A stretch of DNA of 64,000 nt from Octopus sinensis. Its lineage: Eukaryota. Location of the stretch: NCBI RefSeq assembly GCF_006345805.1, contig NW_021832865.1:30216-94215 (forward strand). The letters are read 5' to 3'. The notes below the pieces were generated by a model. That model saw nothing but the letters and a program-made list of their open reading frames with translations, searched no databases and was not told the origin of the DNA. Made by a program: the position numbers and the translations under genes. Every line of letters begins with the position of its first letter. The stretch's first letter is position 1. Positions 1 to 13,600 of this stretch are shown here, piece by piece.

Positions 1-159
1 CACACACACACATATATATACACACACACACATATATATACACACACACACATATATATATACACACACACACATATATACACACACACATATATACACA
101 CCACACACACATGTATATACACACACACACATATATATATACACACACACATATATACA

Positions 160-230
<71 letters not shown>

Positions 231-238
231 CACACACA
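1..238. repeat. Mixed (CA)n/(TA)n microsatellite
   Basis: Direct reading of dinucleotide tracts. Confidence 0.97.
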
Positions 239-295
239 ATACTAAATGTTCCACTATATTAAATTGTAAATTGAAAGATTTGTCCTTCAATCTAT

Positions 296-1432
296 GATGA
301 GTAAAATTTCATAAAGTCCATATTTGAAAAAGAGAGACTCTCCTGTATTGAGGTTACAAATGACAGAATACAAACGGACAACTACTGAGTCTGTTCTTCA
401 GCTGATTAAGTCTAATATCTCACTGATTGACAGTTAAATAAATATTAAGTTTTATCATGCAGGAGCAACTGGTTCCACAAATTCAAGTGAAATGGTTTCA
501 TTCAAATATTAGGATAGTCTTTGTTCAATGTTGTATTTTCAAAATCCAAAACATGTGTAGAACTCTGTGTGTGTGTGTATGTGTGTGTGTGTGTTTAATA
601 CAGTTTACTTAGAAAGTTTGGTCCTTCATCTGGTACAGCTTATTATAGAGATATTTTCAGCCATTTAATTTAGGGAAGAACTTAGCTATGAAATATTTTT
701 CCATATTCCTCCTGAAAGAGGTGTTGTTCTTCGGACATTTGTAGAAGGGAAACATCTTAAATTTTCCTTCTCCACACGTAGCTAGGTGTGTACTTAGTAG
801 TACCTTGCGTAGTTCTTCCTGCCGAACATGTTGTCGGTGAATCCTGGCTCGCTGGCACAAAGAATTACCAGTTTCACCTATGCAATCCTCCTTGCACGTG
901 GGGCAGATTATGCAGTATATAACGTTCTGTGTCTTGCAGTTCATATCTGCATTTACTTTAAATACGTCAATCAGCATTTACTTTAACTGTCAATCAGTGA
1001 GATATTAGACTAAATCAATTGAAGATCAGACAACAGACTCAGTAGTTGTCAATTTGTATTCTATCATTTGTAAATTCAACACAAGAAAGTCTCTTTTTCA
1101 AGTATGGACTGTATTAAACACACACACACACACACACACACAGTTCTACACATGCTTTGATTTTTGGAAAATACAACATTGAACAACGGATATTCCAACA
1201 TTTGAATGAAACCATTTCACTTTGATTAGTGGAACCAGTTGCTCCTGTAGGATAAAACTTAATATCTATTTAATCAGTGAGATTTAATCAGGATAAAACT
1301 TAATATCTATTTAATCAGTTGAAGATCAGACAACAGACTCAGTAGTTGTCCGTTTGTATTCTGTCATTTGTAACCTCAACACAGGAGAGTCTCTCTTTTT
1401 CAAATATGGACTTTATGAAATTTTACTCATCA
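296..1432 (-). mobile_element. Penelope-like retroelement (PLE) 3' fragment: GIY-YIG endonuclease ORF 657..977 with inverted and direct terminal repeats
   Basis: ORF NCKTQNVIYCIICPTCKEDCIGETG..L.QRARIHR..H has the PLE GIY-YIG CxxxNVIY-CxxC-(Y)IGET signature. 296-575 is the reverse complement of ~1125-1432, and ~985-1110 is a direct repeat of ~1270-1412, a pseudo-LTR-like arrangement. Confidence 0.8.
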
Positions 1433-1504
1433 TAGATGGTGTAATTTAATTGTTCATTTTGAATCGATAAAAGGTGTTTTTTTTCTAATATTTTATGTAT
1501 AAGC

Positions 1505-1538
<34 letters not shown>

Positions 1539-2256
1539 GTATAAATATCAACACAATTTTTCCCCTTCCTCCTTTTTTCTCTCTTCCCTTCTCCAAACTC
1601 AGACACCCACACAGACACACCTCCACAAAACGATCATAAAAAGTGGAAAGAATTCTTAAACCCAAAAAAGCATTTGACCATTAAACACACACACACACAC
1701 ACTCACAATGATAAAAGGAAATATAATTTATAGCCTGCTTCACCGCCACCACACACTCAGTGACACTGTGAAGTGGTCAAAGCTGAAACTCTTTCTTTTT
1801 TTCCCAAGACCTTAGAACCCCCTTGGAGTCAATATTCTGTCCAGCAGACCAAAAAAATTCTTTTCTTCTTCCCTCTCCTTTCCTCTCTTTTACTTTAGCA
1901 CTCATGGCAGATACAAAAACACACACACACACATGTTCTCTCTCTCACTTTCTCCTCATCCATCACCCTCTTGTACTGTCTTATATTCCTCCCCACCACT
2001 ACAAACTCAATACCACTATAAAATGGTCAAAACTCCTCACACAGGAACTTAGTTTGATTTGAAAACCCCACTAGAATGGGAGAAAGCACTAATACATGAT
2101 CTAAGTTATATGATGTATAAAACATGTAATATACAAATAAATATCTGTAAATATAAACCATCCAATTTTCTGAGTACCTCATTTCTTCTAATATATAATA
2201 CCTGTACATCATCTCCAAACCTTCCAATATATATATATATATGTGTGTGTGTGTGT

Positions 2257-2545
2257 ATCATCATCATCATCATCGTTTAACGTCCACTTTCCATGCTAGC
2301 ATGGGTTGGACAATTTTGACTGAGGGCTGACGAACCAGATGGCTGCACCAGGCTCCAATCTTGATTTGGCAGAGTCTCTACAGCAGGATGCCCTTCCTAA
2401 TGCCAACCACTACGAGAGTGTAGTGGGTGCTTTTTACGTGCCACCGGCACAGAAGCCAGTTGTCTGCTCTGGCAACGATCACGCTCGGATGGTGCTCTTG
2501 GCACCCTACCAGCACGAGGTTCAAGTGCCAGTAAGGCGACGCCGG
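2257..2545 (-). mobile_element. RTE LINE / RTE-tailed SINE 3' end fragment
   Basis: (CAT)n followed by CGTTTAACGTCCACTTTCCATGCTAGCATGGGTTGGAC, the reverse complement of the RTE 3' end at 14500-14572. Confidence 0.8.
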
Positions 2546-3197
2546 TAATATATCACACTTGAATGGTTCCTTATATATATATATATATGGACATATGTAC
2601 ATATGTATTTATATATATATGTCAGGTCACTTATGAGGTTCTCATAAGTGCTACTGGTAACATGGAATCCAGTAAAACATGTTGCATGGTTGGGCTGTCG
2701 GCAACTAAACTGGCACACCCACCAGAATATCCTGGTGAGGACGGTTGCTAGAAACCCAGCAACATTACAAACAAGACCTGCTGAAAAGTCGGATGAACCT
2801 AATGCAATAGACCACGTATGCAGAATTTCTGGGATGGTGTCTGGCGTGCTGACAAACCACTGGGAGTGAGGTGCCCCTCAGCTTCTATTGAAGCATGTCT
2901 CTAGAAGAAGGTCACTTTGATATGAAACCAGATATGCAGGGAACGGCATTGGACATTTTGAGGATATTTGGTTTGTGCTAGAGATCATTGCATTCCCACA
3001 TCCCTAGCCTGTGGTGCATATTGGGATCAGACATATTGCTCCAGCTTGTCTCTGGATAATGTCAATAAAATGGAGAGGGTCTATGAGGTGTCGTGCAAGC
3101 CTTATTAGACCTACAGCTCTGGACAGGCATTGCTGACCTCTGTTCGATGTGTGCTGATTTTTTCCCCCAATATCTATGTGTATATATATATATATAT

Positions 3198-6100
3198 CAT
3201 CATCATCATCATCATCGTTTAACGTCCGCTTTCCGCGCTAGCACGGGTTGGACGGTTCGACCGGGTCTGGGAAGCCAGGGGCCGCTCCAGGCTCCAGTCT
3301 GAATCTGGCAGAGTTTCTACGGCTGGATGCCCTTCCTAACGCCAACCACTCCGTGAGTGGATTGGGTGCTTTTTACGTGCCACCTGCACAGGGGCCGGAG
3401 GGTCCGGCATCGTCACGATCGGTTCGAGCATTTTAACGTGTCAGCGGCACGGGGGCAACGAGGTCCGGGGTACTTTGGGGATCGGGGTACTTTGGGGATC
3501 CAGGGTACTTTGGGGATCCGGGGTACTTAGAATGGGTAGGGGGTATGTGGAATTGCTGCAGAAAGCAGCCCGGGTCTTTGTAGTCACAGCATATCTCCAG
3601 AGATCTCGGTCCTTCGCCATTGCCTCAGTGAGGCCCAATGCTCTGAGGTCATGCTTGACCACCTCATCCCATGTCTTCCTGGGTCTACCTCTCCCCCTGA
3701 TACCTTCAACTGTTTGGGAGTGGCACTTCTTCACACATCTCTCTTCATCCATCCGCAGCACATGACCATACCATCGCAAGCGTCGCTCTTGCACACCACA
3801 TCTGATGCTTCTTATATCCAGCATTTCTCTCAGGATACTTACACTCTGTTTTGCGTGCACACTGACACTACACATCCAGCGGATCATGCTAGCTTCATTT
3901 CTTTCAAGTCTACGCATGTCTTCTGCAGTCACAGCCCATGTTTCATTACCGTGAAGCATGGCAGTTCGCACACATGCATCATACAATCTACCTTTTGCTC
4001 TGAGGAAGAGACCTTTTGTTGCCAGTAGGGGTAGGAGCTTTCTGAACTTTGCCCAGGCTATTCGTATTCTAGTGGTGATACTCTCTGTGCATCCACCTCC
4101 GCTACTAACTTGGTCTCCCAGGTAGCGGAAACTATCAACTACTTCTAGTTTCTCTCCCTGGAGTGTGATGGAATCTGTTTTCTGAGTGTCTGTTGTGTCT
4201 ATTGTCCCTGTGCATCTGCCGCACATGAAAGCTATCTTATCTGTTAATTTCCCTTTAATGTTGCTGCACCTCTTATGTGTCCATAACTTACATTGGGTGC
4301 ATCTTATGGAGTTTCTACTGTACCTTTCCTACAGGTTGAGCAGGGCCACCTACCCGAGGGGATGTGTGCTGAGTACCTCTTGCTGCTTACTAATACTTTG
4401 GTCTTTGCTACATTTATTCTAAGGCCCTTTGATTCCAACCCTTGCTTCCACACCCGAAATTTCTCTTCTAGTTCCGGTAGTGATTCTGCTATGAGAGCTA
4501 GGTCATCGGCATAGAGGAGCTCCCAGGGGCATCCCGTTTTGAATTCCTCTGTTATTGCCTGAAGGACTATGATGAATAAAAGGGGACTGAGGGCTGAGCC
4601 CTGGTGCACACCTACTTCTACCCGGAATTCTTCACTATATTCGTTGCCAATCCTAACCTTGCTGACAGCCTCTCTGTATAGAGCCTGTACAGCCCTTATT
4701 AGCCATTCTTCAATCTCCAGTTTCCGCATCGACCACCAGATAAGGGAATGGGGAACCCTGTCAAAGGCTTTCTCCAAGTCTACAAAAGCTATGTAGAGGG
4801 GTTTATCTTTAGCTAGGTACTTCTCCTGCAGTTGTCGGACCAGGAATATAGCATCAGTGGTGCTTCTACCTGGTACAAAACCGAACTGCATTTCATCTAA
4901 ACAAATTCTCTCCCTAATGAGATTGGTTATGACCTTCTCTGAGACCTTCATCACCTGGTCCAACAGTTTGATACCTCTGTAGTTATTTCTATCTAGAGCA
5001 TCACCCTTACCCTTGTAGCAGTTGACTATGGTGCTGCTGCACCAGTCATTGGGTATGACTCCATTGTGAACTACCTGGTTTACAATGCGGGTGACTATGG
5101 CATAGCCCACATAGCCAGCTGTTTTAAGCATCTCAGCAGTGATTCCTGATAGGCCAGGGGCTTTGCCTGGTTTCATATCCTTAATTGCCTTATCTACAAG
5201 GGAGCTATCTATTCGGGTAGCTGGTCCCTCTACTGGGTCAACATTTGGCAGGCTCTCCTCCTCCCATTCATTCTCCTCATTCAGCAGTCTTTCATAATGG
5301 CTTCTCCAAGCCTCTTTCTTTTCACTAGTAGTAAAAGCAAGTGCCCCATCATCCATGCGGACACATTTCTCTCCTATAACATCGCTATTTTCTCTGACAC
5401 ACTGTCTGGCAATCCGAAATACTTCAGCTCTTTGATCCTCGCGACGCTGGACATTGGCAAACTTCTTCTTTTCTGCTACATCTTTGGCAATGTATACCAG
5501 CCGCCCAGCCTCCCTTTTGGCTATCCGGTACAGTTCCCTGCTGCCCCCATCCTTCCAGGCTTTCCAGGCCCGTCTCTTTTCACAGATGGCTTTATCTACT
5601 GCACTATTCCACCACCACGTAATTCTAGGTCTGGAAGGGACTTTGCACCATCCACAGACTTGGTCTGTGGCACTCAACAAGCTGTCCCGTAGGAATTCCC
5701 AGCTACCTTCTATGTCTGACGTCTGAAGCTCCTCCTCCCTCTCATCAAATTTCTTGATGAGTATGTCCCTAAATTTCTGACCATGCGAAGGGTTCTTTAG
5801 CCTCCAAATCCTTCTTTTCTGGATTGGTTTGTTTCTTGGAGTCCTTCTGGCCTCAAGCTTAAAGTCACTGATGATTAGTCTATGCTGAGGGATACATTCT
5901 TCACCGGGAGGGTCTTTGTATTCAAGAGCAACCCTGCATCCCGTTGTCTGGTGAGGATGAAGTCTATTTGGCTAGCGGAGTCTCCTGACTGATAAGTTAT
6001 AAGGTGGCAGACTGGCTTCTTGAAGTTAGTGTTGCAGATTGAAAGGTTACATGCATCACAGAATTCCAGCAGTCTAGTTCCCTCATCATTTCTGGTGCCA

Positions 6101-7530
6101 ATACCATAGCCACCATGTACCCCAGTGAAGATACCCGATTCCCGCCCAACATGCCCATTAAAATCTCCACCTACAAAGATGAGGTCCTTGTTACTAGTCT
6201 TTGAAGTAGCCTGCAGAAGGGTATCATAAAAGTTGTCCTTCTGATCATTTGGTAGTCCCGCTTGTGGGGCATAGGCTGAGATAATCATAGCTGTGCCACT
6301 CTGTAGGACCAACCTGAGCTTAAGCACTCTATCACAAACCCTGACAACCTCTATGACCTTATCCACCCATTCCTCCGCAAGGAGAATGCCTACACCCCCT
6401 ACACCTTCCGCGTTACCTTGCCAGTAGAGTTTGTACCTAAGTGCCTTGCCCGTGAGGACCCTAGCCGAAGCATCTCTCCATCTTACCTCTTGTATGCAGC
6501 ATACATCAACCTGTCTTCTCTCTAGCATCTCTACAATCTCACTAGACTTGCCTGTCAATGTACCAACATTGATAGTGCCAACTCTGAAAACTGGGAAGGA
6601 GATGTGGGGGGGGGGACGGGGGGGATTCGGCGCCTGAGAAGAGGAGGGTTGTTGTGGTGGTGATAGTTTTCGTGGTATTTTTCTTTTGATCTCTCTTCCA
6701 ACCTGACCACGCCGTGGGCAGGAGCTGGTGTTAGCAGTGGACATTCGTTATCGTCACTGAGTAATGTAATTAGGTAGAGGAAAGAAATACAGATATTCTA
6801 GAGTTGAGTTGGGGAGGGGGGGGTCCAGTTGAGGCGGGTAATATAGGGGAGCAACCAGTGGGGAAGGTTGGGGTAAGGAGGAACGATGGCAGGAAGGGTT
6901 GGTGTAGGTTCGTAAGAAATAAAAACGTAGGATATTACGAGGTGGGAGGGTACTAAAAGGGATGGTCGGATTGAGGCAGTGTCAGGAGGAAGCGTAAGAT
7001 CGGTGGGCAGTTGATGAGCTATGGCGCTAGCAGCTTGTCTTTTCACAGTGAAAGCATATGAGGAGAAGGGGTAGTGGGGGGAGGAGGAGGGAGTAGGGCG
7101 TATCCGGTGTAGATGAGTAGGGCGTATCCGGTGTAGATGGTGAGAACAGGGTATACTGGTATTGGTGGTGGGGGTGAGAACAGTGTTCACCGGTATTGGT
7201 GGTGGCGGTGAGAACAGTGTTCACCGGTATTGGTGGTGGGGGTGAGAACAGTGTTCATCGGTATTGGTGGTGGTGGTGGTGGGGGGGGGGCACCGCCAAT
7301 GGCGGAAAGATGGGAAAAGACGGATTACGGCTTGAGGTAGCCTAAGGTTAAATTTCGTAGAGAGAGAGATAGGAAAGATAAATCAAGTTATGGCGAAGGC
7401 TTGAAAGTAGCCTAAAAGGTTAAATTTTCGTAGTGAGTGAGATGGGTAAGACGAATCAAGTTATCAATGTATGAATAAACGTAGTAACAACGAATAAAAA
7501 TAGTAAGATAAATTTTTAAGAACTTGCTGC
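3198..7530 (-). mobile_element. Near full-length RTE-clade LINE (APE endonuclease + RT + PHD-like insert), frameshifted
   Basis: APE motifs GTINVGTL, CIQEVRW, GDFNGH, SQIDFIL (5875..6744). RT motifs NYRGIKLL, QFGF, FVDLEKAFD, GVHQGSALSP, YADD (4304..5680). C-terminus RRLRWYGHV..RGRPRKTW (3441..4226). (ATG)n tail at 3198-3215 and (TA)n on both flanks. The 5' boundary is approximate. Confidence 0.92.
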
Positions 7531-7639
7531 GATATATATATATATATATTATACATATATTTATTTATTTATTTTATTTTCAGTATATATGTATCTTTAT
7601 TCTTAGTATATATTATATATGTATTCATTTTCAGTATAT

Positions 7640-9375
7640 TTTTATTTTATTTTTATTCGGAAGTCCAACAGTGAAGGGAAGGTGGTGAAGCAAGCAGACC
7701 TTACAGGTTGGAAGCATGTAGTGAGCGACCTGCACGTAGGTGGCCATGCTGGATATAAAATCGTCTCCTTGCCGCCCAAGACAGTGGTAAAATTCAGTTG
7801 CTGCATGGGTGTCTGAGCAGTTCCATTTGGAGAGGGCACCACTCACCTGGAGGCCGGGGAGGTTGTAGAAAAGGTGAACCAAAAATTGCCTGTCTTTCTA
7901 TATCTGGTCAGATTAGCATGACTGAAACAAGATAAACACAAAATCTATGCTATTTTAGTCCAGAGATTGCTTGTACACGAAATCAAATTGAATGCTGGAT
8001 CAGGAACAAACCCAACAGAAGGGGATTCTGACAATGAATGAGAGCCAAATGGAATGAGATAGGACTCTTCGAAACAAGTGAGCAATTGTTAGCCGACCAG
8101 GCAAGAGCAATTAGAGCAAAAAGGTGGTTAACGGACATGGAAATTGAAGAGATAAAAAGAAAAGTAGAAAGGAGAAATAATCCTTCACCAACAGATAACG
8201 TGCCCAGTGAGAACAGAGAAAGAAATAACGGCAGTGAAGATGTAGAACAAAGTGTAAATGTAAATGCATTCTCCACAAATTAAGCAGAAGTAATAGGAAG
8301 AGCTGTATCACAAGAATACGGTGATGACCAACAAGATGTAGAGAGGATATATTTGAGAAGACCAGGATCAAGACCCTTCCCTCCATAATCTGAGGTACAT
8401 TGACCAATGCAAGATCAAGGTTGAAACCATAAAGATAAATTCAGTTCTTGGGCTGTTCCATACGAGAAATATCACTGAAACTCACAAGATTATTTGGGGT
8501 GCAGCAACTGTTGCTGCAGATAGACTTGGATAGAAAAGGAAAGAACAAACAGAACGTAAAGAACCGTTCTGGTGTAGAGGAATTTGTAAGGAACAAAGTC
8601 ATTTAGGACAAGTTGATAGATTGAGAAGAGGGGAATTGCAGAATGAAAGTATAAGAATGATGCTGGAAAGGACAGATGGAATAAGAGATAAATTGTATGA
8701 TGAGATATTGGAAGAAATGAAACAAAGAATTGGAGCAATCAAAGCAAAACAGGAAAGATAGAAGAAAATAATTCAAGCAGAACAGATTGTTAGAAGCATA
8801 TGAGAAGTAACTGTTTCAGGAACTGGATGGGCAATTACACATAACAATGATACCAGAAGCAGAGGAAAGTAGGGCATTCTGGAGAGGGATCTGGGACCAA
8901 TCTGCAGATGATAATAATGAAGCAGAGTGGCTGCATGAAATCCAAGATAGGTTAAGAAATATAGAAGGCAAAAAAGACATAAAAATAACTACAGAAATGA
9001 TAAAAAAGCAGTTAAGAAAATTCCCAAATGGAAGAGCCAGGACTGGATGGGGTCCCAGATTATTGGATGAAGAAGCTGAGAGGGATCCATCAAAGGAGAG
9101 TGCAACAGCTAGATGAGTGCTCGCAGGAAGGTGCAGTACCCAGCTGGAAGACAAAGGGAAAGACATTGTTATGTGCCAAGGATCCTGGAAAGGGAAATGT
9201 TGCATCCAACTTTAGAACAATAACATGCTTTCTGCTCACGTGGAAACTAATGTCAGGTAATTTGGCTGCTGAACTGTACAGATGCTTGGGAAAAAGTGGG
9301 CTGCTACCCATTAAACAGAACGGGTACAGTAAAAGGAGCCAGGAAACAAAGGATCAGCTCTTGATTGCTAATCTA
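7640..9375 (+). mobile_element. Degenerate R4/Dong-like (restriction-like endonuclease class) non-LTR retrotransposon, N-terminal part to start of RT
   Basis: Fragments [72 protein letters not shown]. Many stops. Boundaries approximate. Confidence 0.75.
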
Positions 9376-9380
9376 ATTAC

Positions 9381-10525
9381 CAATTAAATAAGTACCAGTT
9401 GTGCACTGGGGTTGATGTAATTGACTTAGCCACTCTCCTGAAATTGCTGGCCTTGTGCCAAAATTTGAAACCAAAATTCCAGTGATGTTTATGGTCAATA
9501 AAATAAGTACCAGTTGAGCACTGGGGTTGATGTAATTGACTTAGCCACACTCCTGAAATTGCTGGCCTTGTGCCAAAATTTGAAAGCAAAATTCCAGTGA
9601 TGTTTATGGTCAATAAAATAAGTACCAGTTGAGCACTGGGGTTGATGTAATTGACTTAGCCACTCTCCTGAAATTGCTGGCCTTGTGCCAAAATTTGAAA
9701 CCAAAATTCCAGTGATGTTTATGGTCAATAAAATAAGTACCAGTTGAGCACTGGGGTTGAGGTAATTGACTTAGCCACTCTCCTGAAATTGCTGGCCTTG
9801 TGCCACAATTTGAAACCAAAATTCCAGTGATGTTTATGGTCAATAAAATAAGTACCAGCTGAGCACTGGGGTTGATGTAATTGACTTAGCCACTCTCCTG
9901 AAATTGCTGATCTTGTGCCAAAATTTGAAACCAAAATTCCAGTGATGTTTATGGTCAATAAAATAAGTACCAGCTGAGCACTGGGGTTGATGTAATTGAC
10001 TTAGCCACTCTCCTGAAATTGCTGGCCTTGTGCCAAAATTTGAAACCAAAATTCCAGTGATGTTTATGGTCAATAAAATAAGTACCATTTGAGCACTGGG
10101 GTTGATGTAATTGACTTAGCCACTCTCCCGAAATTGCTGATCTTGTGCCAAAATTTGAAACCAAAATTCCAGTGATGTTTATGGTCAATAAAATAAGTAC
10201 CAGTTGAGCACTAGGGTTGAGGTAATTGACTTAGCCACTCTCCTGAAATTGCTGGCCTTGTGCCAAAATTTGAAACCAAAATTCCAGTGATGTTTATGGT
10301 CAATAAAATAAGTACCAGTTGAGCACTGGGGTTGAGGTAATTGACTTAGCCACTCTCCTGAAATTGCTGGTCTTGTGCCAAAATTTGAAACCAAAATTCC
10401 AGTGATGTTTATGGTCAATAAAATAAGTACCAGTTAAGCACTGGGGTTGATGTAATTGACTTAGCCACTCTCCTGAAATTGCTGGCCCTGTGCCAAAATT
10501 TGATACCAAAATTCCAGTGATGTTT
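9381..10525. repeat. Tandem array of ~10 x 115-bp units derived from a SINE central/3' segment
   Basis: Unit AATAAAATAAGTACCAGTTGAGCACTGGGGTTGATGTAATTGACTTAGCC...GTGATGTTTATGGTC recurs every 115 bp. Its first ~45 bp match the SINE at 19100-19145. Confidence 0.92.
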
Positions 10526-10626
10526 CTTGTATTTATTATAATTAATAGAGATAGTGTTTACTTAGTATGTGTTAAATGTTGGTTATATTTTTCTGTTTGC
10601 TAATGTATTATACTAATAACATATTA

Positions 10627-13600
10627 GTATGCTCCTTCACCATCCCTACCCCTAGTTTCGACCTAGGTAAGGTAATGATCATACAGTGCAAAATATGAAT
10701 GGGTAGTGTTATGCAGGTTGAATTGAAGGCTACTGTATTACTTGCTCATGAATTCTGCCAAATGTGAGCTTTCTTTTCAGGTACATGAAGCTACTGTCCA
10801 CCGACGCAGGGTCTCTAGGGCCCATACTTCCCACACCCTCAGGGTTGGCACCCTCAACGTTGGCACACTGAAAGGTAGGTCTGGCGAGATAGTTGAGATG
10901 CTTGAACGGAGGTGTGTGGATATATGTTGCATGCAAGAAGTAAGGTGGAGAGGAGGTTCTGCTAGGTTCCTCACAGGCAAGGAACACAGGAAAAGATTTT
11001 CTGGGCAGGGAACACTGACGGGGTTGGAGGCGTGGGTATACTTATTGCTGAGAAATGGGTAGATAAAGTAATTGAGGTAATCAGAGTATGCGACAGAATA
11101 CTTAAGATTAGATTAGCGCTTCATCATAGTTTAGCAACCATTATATCAGCCTATGCTCCTCAGTCGGGGTTACCTGATGGACAGAAAGGCCGATTCTATG
11201 ACACTCTACTGCAGACTACCTCGTTGACGAACGACAGAGACCTTCTCTTTGTGGCTGGTGACTTCAATGGTCACGTTGGACGACATGCTGGGGGCTTCCA
11301 TGGCGTACATGGAGGCTATGGCTCTGGTTCCCGCAACGAGGAGGGAACCAGGCTGCTGGAGTTCTGCGATGCAAATAATCTTATGATTTGTAACACTAAC
11401 TTCAGGAAACCTACCAGCCACCTAGTCACCTACCGATCGGGCCAACATACCAGCCAAATTGACTACATCCTTGCCAGGCAAAGGGAGAGATGGCTACTTA
11501 TAAATGCCAAAACCTTCCCAGGCGAAGAATGTACCCCACAACATAGACTGGTAGTTAGTGACTTTAGGATCAGGAGTAGGAGGACAACCAGAAGACGACC
11601 AACATGGAGAAGAAGGATCTGGAAGCTTAAGGATCCTGCGAATGGACAGAGATTTAGAGACATGTTACTTGAAGCCTTTGACGAAGTAGAAGGGGATAGA
11701 GTATCACATGGGGTAGAGGGCAACTGGACGTTTCTAAGGGACAACCTGCTGAGAGCCACAGACCAGATCTGTGGCTGGTGCAAAGTCCCCTCTCGTCCCA
11801 AGGTAACGTGGTGGTGGAACAGTGTTGTAGACAGGGCTATTAGAGAAAAGAGACAGACTTGGAAGCACTGGAAGAATGGGGGTAGCAGGGAATTGTATCA
11901 GACTGCAAAAAGGGAAGCTAGGAGACAGGTCTATCTAGCCAGAGGGGAAGCAGATAAGAAAAAATTTGCCAATGTTCTGCGCCGTGAGGACCAAAGACTG
12001 GAGGTGTTTCGCGTTGCAAGACAGTATGTGAGAGAGAATTGTGATGTGGTAGGAGAGAAGTGTGTTCGCATGGAAGATGGTTCACTTGCGCTAAACGAGA
12101 ATGCAAAGAGAGAGGCTTGGAGACGCCACTATGAAAGGTTACTGAATAAAGAAAATGAATGGGATAAAGAGAGTCTGCTGAACGTTGACCCAACAGAGGG
12201 ACCAGCTATCAGGGTTGATAGTTCCATGGTAGCTAAGGCAATTAGAAGCATGAAGACAGGGAAAGCCCCAGCCCATCAGGTATCACTGCAGAGATGCTCA
12301 AAATATCTGGTAGCGTCGGCTATAGCCTAGTCACCTGTATAGTTAATCAGGTGATACATGAAGGAGTCATACCCAATGACTGGTGTAGCAGCATAATAGT
12401 CAACTGCTACAAAGGTAAAGGTGATGCCCTAGATACAAATAATTACAGAGGTATCAAGCTGTTGGATCAGGTGATGAAGGTTACAGAGAGGGTCATAAGC
12501 CAACTAATTAGAGAGAGAGTTAGTTTAGATGAGATGCAGTTTGGTTCGTGCCAGGGAAAAGTACCACTGATGCTATATTCCTGGTAAGGCAGCTGCAGGA
12601 GAAATACCTAGCCAAAGATAAGCCCCTGTACCTGGCTTTTGTTGACATGGAGAAAGCCTTCGACAGGGTCCCCCGATCCCTCATCTGGTGGTCAATGAGG
12701 AAACTAGGAATAGATGAATGGTTAGTGAGAGCTGTGCAAGCCATGTACAGGGATGCTGCTAGTAAGGTGAGGGTTGGCAATGAGTACAGTGAAGAATTCC
12801 GGGTAGAGGTAGGGGTCCATCAAGGTTCAGTCCTCAGCCCCCTCCTATTTATCATAGTCCTCCAGGCAATAACGGAGGAATTCAAGACAGGATGCCCCTG
12901 GGAGCTCCTCTATGCTGATGACCTTGCTCTAATTGCTGAGTCATTATCAGAACTGGAGAAGAAGTTTCAGGTGTGGAAGCATGGTTTAGAATCGAAGGGC
13001 CTTAGAGTCAACCTAGCTAAAACCAAAGTCGTAATAAGTAGGAAGGTAGACAAATCACAAACGCCTTCAGGTAGATGGCTCTGCTCGATCTGTAGAAAAG
13101 GTGTAGGTAGAACTCTATAAGATGCACCAAGTGTAAGCTATGGACACATAAGAGGTGCAGCAATGTCATAGGAAGGCTAACTAGGAAGATGGTTTTTGTA
13201 TGTGGCAGATGCTCGGGAGCATTAACCTCTGAAAATCTGCAGAAAACAACTTCCGTCACTTTCCAGGGGGAAAAATTAGAAGTAGTTGATAGCTTCCGTT
13301 ATCTTGGTGACCAAGTCAGTAGTGGGGGTGGGTGTGCTGAAAGTGTAACGGCTAGAGTAAGAATAGCCTGAGCAAAGTTTAGGGAGCTCTTACCTCTGTT
13401 GGTGACTAAAGGCCTCTCGCTCAGAGTAAAAGGCAGACTGTATGATGCATGTGTACGAACAGCCATGCTACATGGCAGTGAAACATGGGCCGTGACTGCT
13501 GAGGACATGCGTAAGCTCGCGAGAAATGAAGCTAGTATGCTCCGTTGGATGTGTAATGTCAGTGTTCATAGTCGACAGAGTGTAAGTACCTTGAGAGAAA

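Noticed and set aside
612-640. Possible hammerhead just downstream of the GIY-YIG ORF (minus strand CAGATGAAGGACC..AAACTT)
   Set aside because: Core and stem II are incomplete, so it cannot be supported.
7730-7800. HDV-like ribozyme in the 5' region of the R4-like element
   Set aside because: Only a simple hairpin is visible; I could not fit the nested double pseudoknot by eye.
9381-10525. CRISPR-like regularly spaced repeats and repeated 77-aa ORFs
   Set aside because: Whole 115-bp units are near-identical with no unique spacers, there are no cas genes, the context is eukaryotic, and the ORFs are by-products of the repeat.
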